From the human T2T-CHM13v2.0 reference genome, Homo sapiens: a stretch of 64,000 bases of DNA. Below the pieces are notes generated by a model that was not told the origin of the DNA, made no database searches, and was given only the letters and a program-made list of their open reading frames with translations. The stretch lies in NCBI RefSeq assembly GCF_009914755.1, contig NC_060932.1, one strand, 5' to 3'. The translations under genes and the position numbers were made by a program. Shown in pieces: positions 43,388 through 64,000 of the stretch. The first letter of the stretch is position 1. Each line of letters starts with the position of its first letter.

Positions 43388-43421
<34 letters not shown>
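43388..43421. repeat. (CA)n microsatellite
   Basis: Read directly from the sequence. Confidence 0.95.
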
Positions 43422-43424
<3 letters not shown>

Positions 43425-44570
43425 CCCTCTCACTCTCACCTCCCTTCCCTCCCCCACCCCTTCCCCTCCATTTGTTTCAATGAACAGCCCCTTTTATCTA
43501 TTCTGTAGGTACAAATGAAGCTGTCAAATTTGATCAGGCGCTTGATATGACAGGCTGTGGGAGTCAGGACCCCTTGAACAGAGTGGGCCTTGTCTGTCAC
43601 AGTCCGCCTGACACTTCCCATAATGCCCAGACTGATGAGATTCTGAGTAGGGCCCAGCACATTTTCAACTCTATTTTGGGTGAAAACCCTTCTTGAAAGA
43701 TCTTGAAAGGAGCTGGCAGTTCAGCCGCCCGGATGATTAATGAGGGTTGGCTCTGCAGGATGGATTTCTCCTGGTGCCAACAGCCGGCCTCCAAACAGGC
43801 TAGAACGTGTTGCCGTGGACTTCCCCAGCACTTCCCCTCATGGTGACACCCCCCAAAAAACCTTTCCCATTCCCCAGGCCGCCCCTCACCTCCACCACAG
43901 TCCCTCTGGCTGTGCATCTCCCGCGGCCCTCTCTCGTGTTTCTGAAGCGGGAGCAGCCTTTGCATATGGAAAAAGTTAGGCATCACGGCTGAGTGAGGCC
44001 TGGCTGAGTGAGCCAGGCCTGCCAGAAATCTGTACAGAGTGGCGGGGCGCTGAGGGAGGGTGGAGAAGAAACAGAAGGGGATGGTGACCCAGGCTCTCCT
44101 TCAGCTTACGTCCCATGCCCTGATGGTCAGGGACGGGCCTCTCTGCTTTCTCTCCATGCAACTCAGGAGCTCTAGGGACAGAAACCATGGAGTGTCTAAG
44201 GCCCCAAAGGGATCCAGCATCAAAGTCCCTGCTTTTCACTTACCCCACAGTATTTATTAAAGGAGACACTCTTGATATTTGGGCAAGACACTTCTTTACT
44301 GAGCAGGACCCTTCTGTGCAAGGTAGAAGGTTTAGCATCCTTAGTCTCAAGATACCAATTGCTTGTAATGCCTCTCAACCATGAGGACCATCAGAATAAT
44401 CCAGATGCCCTTGGCGGTGGTATCAGCCTGGGTTGAGAGCCACTATTAGGGTGAAGAGCCTCCCTCGTCCCCACATGCCTTGAGAGCTACGCCCACTTCG
44501 GTGTCTCCTTCCACTCTCATTTACACCCCTCAAGCCCACTCAGCAGGGAGAGCACTTTGAAGAGGGGTAA

Positions 44571-44896
<326 letters not shown>

Positions 44897-45326
44897 ACTC
44901 TCCCATGCACTCTTAATGCTAACTTTCCTTCTGTGCTGGTGCCTTAAACCACCCCTGCTCTAGACTCTGTTCCCCCACCTCCTTCTGTTTCCCTGTCTTC
45001 CCAGCAGACAGCAGCTCATTCATACTTGGGGAAAAGAATGGTGCCCACAGCTTCTTTGGGGTTTCAAGCTCAGAATCCTTTGGGAACAGGTGGGTGGAGG
45101 GCAAGTGGGGTTCAGAACTTGCTGTTTCTTTTTGGAACATTCATAGATTTCTTTTTCAAGCCCAGGGTACCTCTGTCAGAGGAGAAGTTGGGTCCCTGTT
45201 ACAGGGTTGTCACCATCATGGGCAGGCCATGAGGGAGGCTTCGCAAGAGCCTATGCTCCTCACTCCCCATTTTCTTCTCTCCCTCTCCCTTATGGAAAGG
45301 GAGAGAAAGAAAGAAAAAAGAAAGAT

Positions 45327-46657
<1,331 letters not shown>

Positions 46658-47457
46658 TCAGCAAGTTGCAAGGCAGCCCCAGGAAACAGCCTGAACTTCT
46701 CCAACTCCTACAGCTGTGGCATGGACAGTTGCTCATGCAGGCAAAAATTCAAATAATCATCACACAAATCAGTTTATAAGTACAAGGTTCTTGCAGGGAG
46801 TGTGAAGCTGGAGAGCAACTCAAGCCTTCTCTCTTCCAGAAAGATCAGTGTTTAATGAAATATACAAGAGCGTGTTTCTTACTTTTGGAGGTACATAGGC
46901 CTTCACTGGCTCCGCATTGTCTAATAGGGCCAAATTTTTCACCTAGCATTTGAGTCCCCCGCAGATGTCCCCAACGTATCTTTCCACTGCCCCTACCAGA
47001 ACCAATGACAGGAGCCAAACGCAACCACTCACTGTTTCCTGGACGCTGAGCTCTAGCAGTGAGTTGCTCCTTCTTCCTCAGCATCTGCTCCCCTTCTCAC
47101 ACAGTCACGGCTCTCATTTTTACCCTGAGCAATCGCGGTTTCCCCTTGCTTTGTATATCCTGAACTCTTTATCTCCCTGACAGTTCTTCTCTTTGGGAGT
47201 GCCTCTCCTCTCCCTCCACTGGACCACATGTTTCTTAAAGGCAAGAAAGGCATTTTATTCCTCTGTGTGTCCTCTGTGCCTGAGACAGTGCCAGTCATGC
47301 AATGGGGCATCAACAAATGCTTGCAGTGTTCCATTCATTGAAAACCACTAAAGGGCTAAAACATGTGTCAATGCCTTTGAACTGAAGTCATCAGGTGGGT
47401 GAGGGAAGAGACCTGGGAGTGAAACTCAAAGAAGAAACAATAGAAGCCGTAATCAGA

Positions 47458-47807
47458 GGCCGGGCATGGTAGCTCACACCTGTAATCCCAGCACTTTGGG
47501 AGGCTGAGGTGGGCGGATCACCTGAGGTCAGGAGGTCAAGACCAACCTGACCAACATGGTGAAACCCCATCTCTACTAAAAATACAAAAATTAGCCGGGC
47601 CTGGTGGTGGGCACCTATAATCCCAGCTACTCCGGAGGCTGAGGCAGAATTGCTTGAGCCCAGGAGGCGGAGGTTGCAGTGAGCCAAGAATGCACCTCTG
47701 CACTCCTGCCTGGGCGACAAGAGCGTCTTGCGGGAGTCTTCCTATAGAAAGAAAAGAAAGAAAAGAAGGAAAAGAAGGAAGGGAGGAAGGGAGAGAGAGA
47801 GAGAAAG

Positions 47808-47877
<70 letters not shown>

Positions 47878-47970
47878 GAAGGAAGGAAGGAAGGAAGGAA
47901 GGAAGGAAGGAAGGAAGGAAGGAAGGAAGGAAAGAAAGATAGAAAGAAAGAAAGAGAAAGAAAGATGGAA
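47458..47970 (+). mobile_element. Alu followed by a (GAAA)n(GGAA)n microsatellite
   Basis: Alu at ~47458-47730; polypurine tract at 47746-47970. Confidence 0.92.
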
Positions 47971-49283
47971 GTAACGGTGATCAGGAAGGAGAGGAAGAGG
48001 GCACGCCACCTACCGAGGGCCCAGGGCCTGGCTGTTGCAGAAGACTTTCTTCTCCAGTCAGCCTCCCCTGTCCAGAACAGGAAGGAAGGTCTTGGGGAAA
48101 GAAGACTCACACTAAGGACTCTGGGCATGGCTACAAACCCTAGAGGTAGGCAGAGAGGACCCCCTGGGGACAGGGTGGTCAGTGACCTCCATCTCTACCA
48201 ACTCCCCATGGCAGCTGAAATGATGCCCTCAAGTCAATCCTTGGAGTTAAGGAATGAAATCCTGCAAAAACACCATAATCCATGCCCAGGAAAGGGATGG
48301 GGGGAGAAGACAGCCCTGTTAATACATCAGTGTCACCCCAACATGTTTGGGAATAGCCAGTATCTAGAAAAACAGAGGCAGCGTCTGAAGGGAATGAGAC
48401 AGGAGACCATTGAAGGGGAGAAGGAGCCAGGTCAGGCAGGCTCTGAAATAAGAACATTTTCCCAGGAAGGGCAGCTTCAGGATTGGCACCCTGGAAAGGC
48501 CTGGCAGCCAGGCAATGCACAGTGAGAGTCCAGGGCTCGAGCGCTTCCCAGCCACAATATGGGTTTCTGTGGCAGAAGCTTATCTCCCCCGCAAAGGCAA
48601 CCACCATGAGGGCACAGGCTTTGCCTGTGCATTTACTGCTGTAGCCTCCATGCCCAGTCTGTGCCTGGCAGGTAATGGGCTCTCAATAGATATTTCTTGA
48701 ATGCATGAATGAATGAATAAAGCAAGGTCTAGAGAATGGACCCCAAAAAGAAACTGGTCCTTCCTCTCGATTCTGCAGACAGATCCAGAAGACCTGCCCG
48801 AAGTCAGGCCCGAGTTGCTGGTAGCAATACCTGAAACGAGTCAAGTGGCCCTTCTTGCAGAGAGAGGTCCACACCTGAGCAGCTGGGGAAGGACTGCACT
48901 TTACAAACTTACCCCAGCAGCTCTTGGAACAGGACCGGGCTCCCTGCTGTCTTTTAGGATTTCTTCAGGGAGAAAAAGAATTTTCCTGGCCATCGGGCCA
49001 GAATATAAAAACAAGGCTACATAAAACAGGCCTAAGAGGGAAAGAGCAGGCCAAAAACAATACGCTTCTCTCTCCCCTTGTTTTTACAGGACCTCAACTT
49101 CTTTTCCCAGTGAGGGGGAGGAGGAGGAGGAGAGGGGAGAAAGCCCAGTGACCCTGTGCCTCCTCGCCAGGACAGAGGCCTTTGCAGGCAGGGAGTCAAA
49201 GAAAACTTTTCCAAGACTGATTACCAAGAGGGTAACTAGGTACACAGAGCACATGTGAACAGGCTCCTCGTTTCCAATTCAGG

Positions 49284-49376
49284 ACTGTCAGATGGTGATT
49301 AATGACTAACAGCCACAGAACAGCCTTGATTGCCAACTGCTGTATTGTTAATCCTGACATTTAATGAGGCCGGACA
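49284..49376 (+). promoter_or_regulatory. Candidate enhancer module, copy A
   Basis: CTGTCA, TGATTAAT, ATTGTT, TGACA and TAATGAGG motifs; homologous to 59765-59857. Function is inferred. Confidence 0.6.
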
Positions 49377-50449
49377 CAACTCCAGCACAATTCCACACCA
49401 TCATCTGCAAATAGCACTCGACGGACTTAATTGGTTAAGTATTTGTGTGTGGGGGGCGGGGGGGTGGGGAGAAAGAGAGAGAGAATAGAGAGATATAAAG
49501 AGCAAAAGAAAGGGGCGAGGTCTCTGTAATTGTGCCCTTTGTGGGCATCTATATTTTAATGCATGTAACTGTGTTATCGCATGAGTCATCTGCGATATAA
49601 CCTTGGTCCCCAACAGAAACATCCCTAATAGGGTGAAACCTCCCACCACCACCCTCCCCACCCCACTCCATCTGACCCCTACGGCGGTGTCCTTCCCACC
49701 ACCATCACTGCTGCTGTCTGAGGGGCAGCTGGAAACTGGCATGTTTGTGAAGTTAAAATACATGAAAGGAAGTTGAAAGAAGAAGTTGTCTCGAAGTGGG
49801 CCAGCATCCAGGGCTCCTGAGAAGCCACTTTTTCACTGGACTCTGATCAATGGGGCCTTGGCCCGCCTGACTGGGTGGTTCCTCCTCTGCCAAGAGAGAA
49901 GTATGTTTCCCCCATTCCGGAACTCAACGCTTTCTTAGGAGATGAACAGAATTCACCTTATTGTTCTAAAAACAGAGTCCCAGGCAACAGGGACAGAGAG
50001 ACTGGCCCAGCAGGGGCTCTCTGGGCCAACTGAGCAAGGTGACAGGGCCCAGGAAAGGAGCTGTTGCCTGCACAAGGGCAGATGGAGTCAAGGAATCAGT
50101 GTTCATGGGATCCTGGCTGTCCCCACAGTGTCGTGGCTGAACCTTACAAGAACAGAAGCAAGTGAAGCACAGGTAGCCAGCCACCTCAAGGGGGAAGTAT
50201 TGATAACGAAGGGACTCAAAGCAGCATAGACATGGGATGCTGAGGGGCCAAGTGAGCAGAGCAGAGAGTGAGTGCTGCAAGTCCTCGGAGGGGTCAACCG
50301 GGACCCAAGCATCCAGAAAAGGCAGGGACCATGCAAAGGGGTCCGAAAAATGGGACCTTCAGTGGAAAGCACTGAGAAGACCATTATTCAGGTGAGGTTT
50401 GGGATAAATTCATTCCCACGAACTCCCCTTTGAAAGGCTCGTTCCTCTA

Positions 50450-52036
<1,587 letters not shown>

Positions 52037-52142
52037 CTAACCATTATGTTTTAAGCTTTTTTTTCCATACAGCCTCAGCATTTTGATGACTGCATGATAT
52101 TCTTAGGCTATTTCTAATTTTTCTCTATTTTAAATATATATT

Positions 52143-52896
<754 letters not shown>

Positions 52897-53814
52897 CTAA
52901 TTAGTTGGATTTAGAGGTCCTATCTCTAAAAAACTAAAATAAAATAATAAATGCTCCTGGGTCTCCTTTCCTCCCAGGAGACCAGGGTTCCCCATGCCTT
53001 CGCTGCCTCAATTCCCTGCATGGCCCCGAACCAGGGCTGGGACGCCTTGGGGCATGGGGCTTGGCAGGACAGCAGGACATTATTGGGCCTGAGCACTTGG
53101 GCATGGGCCTGGCCGCAGCTGAAAGGTCCTGGGTGGCTCTGCAACGCTTCGCCGCCCGTGCGCTGGAGGGCTCGGGTCACAGGAAGGGGCGAACACCTTG
53201 CTCCTGGGGTGTCCCATGTGCAGGTCTTTGTTCCCAGCCAGTGGTTGGAACGTCAGCACCCCATGCTGAGGAATTCCGTTCGTGACTGAGGCCTCATGTA
53301 AAGACCGCTGGCCGCCTTCATTCCAGCAGGCATTCCTTGCCCGCTTGATTCCCCCGCTCCAGACACCCTAACTGTGGGAGGGGCAGCCTCAGAAAGTGAT
53401 AATTAAAAGCTAATGTTTCCCCTGGTGACTCTGGGCCTCGGGATGTCCCTACAGTGACCCCACCTCCCAAATCCTCATACTGAACCATCACCTCGTCCCC
53501 ACCTGGGCTCCCCTGGGCTTCATTAAATGCTCCTGTGGCCTTAATCCAATCGCCCTCCCCATTCTGAAAGTGTAGGAAAGAATGTGGAAAAGAACCAAGG
53601 GCCCCGGGTTCGCATTCCAGCTCCTCTGCTTCTGTGTGACCATGACAATGCACTTCCCATATCCATGCCTTGGTTTCCTCCATATAGAATCAAGGGATTG
53701 GATAAAATGGATGATCTCTGAGGTCCTTAGCAGCCGTGACTCTCTGTGACTTTATTTCAGAGAATTATCACTGGGTCTAAATGAAATGAGATCATGGATG
53801 TTATAAAACATTGA

Positions 53815-54606
<792 letters not shown>

Positions 54607-55024
54607 TAACACCCACAAAGCTGCTCAGTAATGTTGACTTGGGGACAGACTGATAACCCCCCTGGCTGCTCATTCATTTAAATGGACTTGTAAGAAGCTT
54701 AACAGAAAAGTAGTTACCTTTGCTTCTTAGGAGGGGAAGGGGAAGAACCTCTTTTAAATATATCTTACTTCTTTCAAGGAAAAAAAGTAGTTTGGCCCCT
54801 CAAAATTAGTTGGATTTGGAAATTCATATGAAATTTTTAATACTGCCTTGCAAATAAACACATATCAACATGCCCAAGACTTAATTCCATTCCCCAGGCT
54901 CTTCTTAAGTATACTGTGTGCTGAATACCAAGCCTCCACTCAATAGTAAGAGAACACAGAAGAGATACTATAAAGTACTAAAATTTTTAAAGCAAACTTA
55001 GCAGGACTTAGATATCAAAATAAA

Positions 55025-55235
55025 TATTGTCCCATTCAAAATGTCCCTTTGGAAGGATATACACTCATTCTTATATGTTGCCTTGCTCAAAACTCTTTGG
55101 AATGTTTTGAAAGCTATCTTTAAACCATCAGACTTTTAATTGACAATTACAAATCTTTATGTGGTGATTAGCAGGGGAAATGTCTCTCCTGAAGCCAGCC
55201 CTGGTGAATAAGCTGGATGATCAGGCTTATTCGGT
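55025..55235. mobile_element. Possible MARNA-like mariner relic
   Basis: ccctttggaaggatatacactcattc...gttgccttgctcaaaactctttggaatg resembles the MARNA consensus as I recall it; not aligned. Confidence 0.45.
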
Positions 55236-55399
55236 CAGGTCAAAAATCTAAATAATGTGTGTCTTATAATGAAGTTCTTAATAAGCACATGAGAATCGTA
55301 TGTAGCCTTCCAACATGAATACGCTGAAGGTCTTCTTTCTCTGAGTTGCACAGGTTCAGCTGCGTCTGTAAAAATCAGTCTCTTGACAGATCTTCTTCT

Positions 55400-56180
55400 A
55401 CCCTGGTCCCACTCTCCACCTCCCAACCCCCATCATCTATTCTCAACACTATAGCCAAAAGATCTTTTAGAAACAGAAGTTGCTCATTGGTTTGAAAGCC
55501 CATGAGAGCTCCCATCTCATTTGGAGGAGTGGCCAAAGTCCACAGGGTGGCTTCTAAGACCTAGCTCCCTGCACCCTCTCCAATCTCCTCCCACCCCACC
55601 GTCTTCTTCAGCAGCTTTGGCTTCAGCCACATGGCCTCCCTGCCATTCCTCAAACACACTAGGATGCTCCTGTCTGGGGCCATTCTCTAGCTGTCCTCCG
55701 TTTGGAAACTTCTCTTCCAGAAATCTTCTTGGCCAGCCCCATCATTTCCTTTATGTTTTTGGTAAATTATCACCTTCTCAACGAGACATACTCTGACTTT
55801 CTATTTAATACCTCTATTAATAGTGCCTTCTTTTTCATAATGTCTTCTGCTTAATACCTTCTATTTAATAACACACAGACACGCATGGACACACTCACTC
55901 CTTAGCCCCAGGACCCTGGCCTTCTTTTCATTTCTTCCCTGGTGCTTATCACCTTCTACCATAATATCTAATTTATCTAATATTATTTATAGTATATCTT
56001 TTTGTCTGTACGCTCCTGTGAGAACTAAGCTCAGGAAGGCCAGTATCTTTGTCTGTTTAATCGAATCTCAAAAGCCTAGAACAGGCACATAGCTGGTACT
56101 CAATAAAAACATGTTGAATTGAATTGGATTGGATTGCATTGAATCGAATTGGCTTGAATTGCATTGCATTGTGTTGAATG
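55400..56180 (+). mobile_element. L2 3' region ending in a (GAATT/GCATT)n-like tail
   Basis: Pyrimidine-rich L2 body; ends agcctagaacaggcacatagctggtactcaataaaaacatgttgaattgaattgg. Confidence 0.7.
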
Positions 56181-56648
56181 TCCCAACTTATATAAAGTAT
56201 GCTCCCTGCCTTCCAGTTGCTTGTATATCTGATTGAGAGAACTAGTGACATACACATGAAAGTGACTGAGCAGTACACAGCAGTCCAGGACTAAGTGGAA
56301 CCTGCAGTGATGCTGCAGGAATCCTGGACGGATGAGTGCCGGCTGGAGGAGGAGAAAGAACCTGAGCTGAGCCTCCCATCTAGTCAAGCAAACCCTCTCC
56401 TTGTCCCCAGCATAGGTCCTGTTGTTCTGCTCACACTGGCCCTCTGCCTGAAGTCCCCCACCTTTCCTGCCCACTTACCTAAATGCTATCCACCCAAGTC
56501 CCCTTCCTCCTCACCACTTTCCCTGATTACTCCAGCCCTCCTCTGAGCCCCTGTAGCTCCTATATTTTGTTTCAGATCATTTAGCCTTTACATAGAACTG
56601 TTCTGTGTGTGTGCATGTCATTTCCCCAGCTAAGAACTACATCTTTTA

Positions 56649-58912
<2,264 letters not shown>

Positions 58913-59764
58913 AAACTTGAGTGACAGAAGTCCTCATCCTAGTCTGGTCTGTAGATGTCCTCTGCTCCATCTCTCTTCTCCTCCCTCCTTTATGAAAAAA
59001 CTTAGAGAGACAGACTAAGAAACTAAGCAGCACTTCCCATTGGTTGATTTCAGAGGCACCTGTGCAGACCAGGCCTCTCCTTGCACCACCCTGACTGCAC
59101 TCTCACACATGAAATATCAATATCACTATTAAAATACAAACATCACTCGTACCCCACTGCCACAGCTAGAGATGGGGCTGAAAAGCCAAGCCCCTCTGAG
59201 AGACGAAACGGGGCTTGAATTCAGAGTGAGATGGAAAAAATTGAGATGAAAACTTTTCCTGCCAGCAGGATCTGCTTATTTGGGAATGGTGGGAAGGGAA
59301 GGGAAGGGAAGGGAGGGTGGGAAGGGCAGGGAAAAGGAACATAAAGGAAAATATGTTGGCACCTAGTAGCTGAAGGAGGGAGAGAAGGGTGTGCCAGGGA
59401 ACGAGGGGGCGGGTGTGGAAAGACGAGGCCTGGGTGCTGATGACAGCCTTCCCTGACTCCACCAGCTTGCCAAGACCCAGCCCTAGATCCCAGAGGGGTC
59501 ACAGCTGAGGTCCCCCCTCCAGAAGCCACTACCTTTCATTTTCTTGCTCCCCAGTCTCTGTGCCCAGAATCACTGTCTGCCAGGCTCTGGCCAACCTGTA
59601 GCCTCTCCGTGCTGAAAACGACCCGCTAAAAAAGCCAAGAGGGAAGGACCCAGCACACAGCCGTGAACCACATATACACGAAGAGGTAACTCTAAACTCC
59701 AGAGCTGGGCCCAGGAGGAGGGGAAGGGTGGAGGGGGGATGAGGTTTTTCCACTTCCATTCGCA

Positions 59765-59857
59765 ACTGTCAGGCGGGTGATTAATGACCAACAGGTTTGG
59801 AATCGCCTCTATTGCCAGATCAGTATTGTTGCCCCTGACAGCTAATGAGGTTGGACA
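59765..59857 (+). promoter_or_regulatory. Candidate enhancer module, copy B
   Basis: Same motif order and near-identical spacing as 49284-49376. Function is inferred. Confidence 0.6.
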
Positions 59858-61351
59858 GGCTTCTCCACACTGAGCTTTACAGGCCCGCTCCCTCCCCTGC
59901 AGAGCTCACAAGCCCTGCCAGCTTTTGTGCACCGGAATGTTCAAGCCCCACCCCCCTTCATTCCTCCAACACCACCTCCCCCCAACTCCCTGAACCACCA
60001 TCTCACCCCAAAATCTTGCCCATCCACCAAGGAAGCTGGGTAGTGAGGCTTCAAGCCCCAGCCTGCTCACAGATACCCATCTGTTACACCCACACCCCCA
60101 AAAGCCCCTTTCCCATTCCCACTGGAGCTTGAGCAATGGGGCTGGAAGGAAGGAAAAAGAACCAAAGCGAACACTTCAGCCCTTGGGTTTAAGATGATGG
60201 AAGGATCTCTGAACACTTGCTTTGGACGGTCTGGCCAGCAAGTTTAACAAGGCCATTCCACAGCCAGCTGTAAAATTCAAGAAGTATTTTATACACTCAC
60301 GGCTTCAATCTGGCAGATGTGCTAAGGGGGTGAGGATGGAGGAGTGAGAGAACTTGGGAAAGGTGATTTAATAACAGTTAATAATGATTTTTAACCAACC
60401 ACCTTACGCCTAGATACACAAAGCCAGGTGTCAGTGCAGAAATCAACCTGGTCCTAGGTCTAAGGGTAAGGAAATACTGGCTTTGTTTTCTGCTCTCTTA
60501 CAAATAATATTTACCTTTGTGCTAGTTCACATCTTGATACGGTTAAGCACGTTTCCCTGTGGTTTAATATTTGAAGGAGTTGGAGCAACATAATAAGCAA
60601 ACAGCATAAAAAGCCCAGAAAGACCCCCTCAGCTTAAAAATCTATTACTTTTCAGTGTGATATAAATGTATTTTGCTTCTGCTCAGAGCAATTTCCTAGT
60701 TTACTCTTATTAAACCAGAAGACGGCTTAGCAGAGTTCTTGATTTATGAAACACATACTAGATTCATTAAAACCTTAAAAGATTTAATACATTTTATCAG
60801 GACATTAAATCTGTGCAGGCTTTTTAAATCAAATACCTGCCATATTTCATTCCCCACACCCTGCAAACTTACTTAAGAACACTAAAATGTGGACTGACAA
60901 ACATTATGGGTGTTTCAGGCCTGATTTCTAAGTGGCAGTAAAGTCCTCCCCTCCAGGATTTATAGCCTGGCTTCTCCCCAAGTCTGGTCTTCCAAAGAAC
61001 AACTGACTCTCCTCTTTAGAATTTGGTTCGGTAGGATGAGCTGAGATCTACATTTCACACACATATGCACACACATTTCTTCCTCTCCCATTGCATAGCC
61101 AACGTTCCTATTATCATGGGTTCTCTAGGACCCCACCCTTCAACACCACTCGCCCATCTTCTATCTTCTTCCAGAACTCCTACTGGCCTCTGCTTCCATG
61201 CAGACACACTCCTAACATCTCCTTCTCTCCCTCCCTACTCCCCTGACTCTTAGCCCATACAGAACTGTACCCATGGAACACCTGCCATGCTTTGGGAAGC
61301 AAAGCAAAGCCCTCTTATTCTTAATCCCCTCATTTTTAAGTCTATCCACAC

Positions 61352-61530
61352 CACAGTTGTTCTCAGCTGGGGGCAAATTTGTCTCACGCACACACAACTG
61401 GGGACATTTGGCAATGCTTGAAGACATATTTGGTTGTCACAACGAGGTGGGGGTGTTGCTACCAGCATCTAGGGATAGAGGCCAGAGAATCTGCTAAACA
61501 TCCTACAATGCACAAGCCAGCCCCTCTACC
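61352..61530. mobile_element. MER20-like hAT element
   Basis: ggggacatttggcaatgcttgaagacatatttggttgtcacaac...ctgctaaacatcctacaatgcaca. Confidence 0.75.
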
Positions 61531-61582
61531 CCACATCGTGGAAAAAAGAGAGAAAAAGAAAGAATGAAAGAAAAGAAGGAAG

Positions 61583-63895
<2,313 letters not shown>

Positions 63896-64000
63896 TTAAA
63901 AATAGGAAAATTCAGACAAGTAGACAGAAACCCAGGAGGGAGGGAGTGATTCACAGAGGCCAAGGGAGGAAGAGTCTAAGAATTCAGGGGACAAATCAAT

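Noticed and set aside
56113-56180. Satellite-like (GAATT/GCATT)n pentamers
   Set aside because: They lie exactly at the 3' end of an L2 relic and are best explained as its expanded simple-repeat tail.

Overview
Primate, almost certainly human, genomic DNA centred on one protein-coding gene: the two-exon NET-family zinc-finger repressor ZNF703 (+ strand; CDS 28355-28597 joined to 29520-31049, 590 aa). It sits in a large CpG island within a ~11 kb stretch in which I recognise no interspersed repeats. The flanks are dense with Alu, L1, L2, MIR, MaLR/ERVL LTR and MER relics plus simple repeats, and most other ORF-track entries are Alu-derived, low-complexity or GC-rich shadows. The most striking unexplained signal is a dispersed non-coding module downstream of the gene. 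Two 93-bp same-strand copies (49284-49376 and 59765-59857) share about 70 of 94 aligned columns, with identity concentrated in Meis, Pbx/Hox, Sox and homeodomain-like motifs. Partial copies lie at ~35870 and ~43734. This suggests a duplicated enhancer family or an ancient exapted repeat. Other observations: a tailless U6 retropseudogene, an Alu flanked by a ~72-bp duplication, a 5' splice site next to the ZNF703 poly(A) signal, a weak-Kozak start and an in-frame cryptic acceptor. Repeat boundaries and subfamily names were assigned by eye and are approximate.
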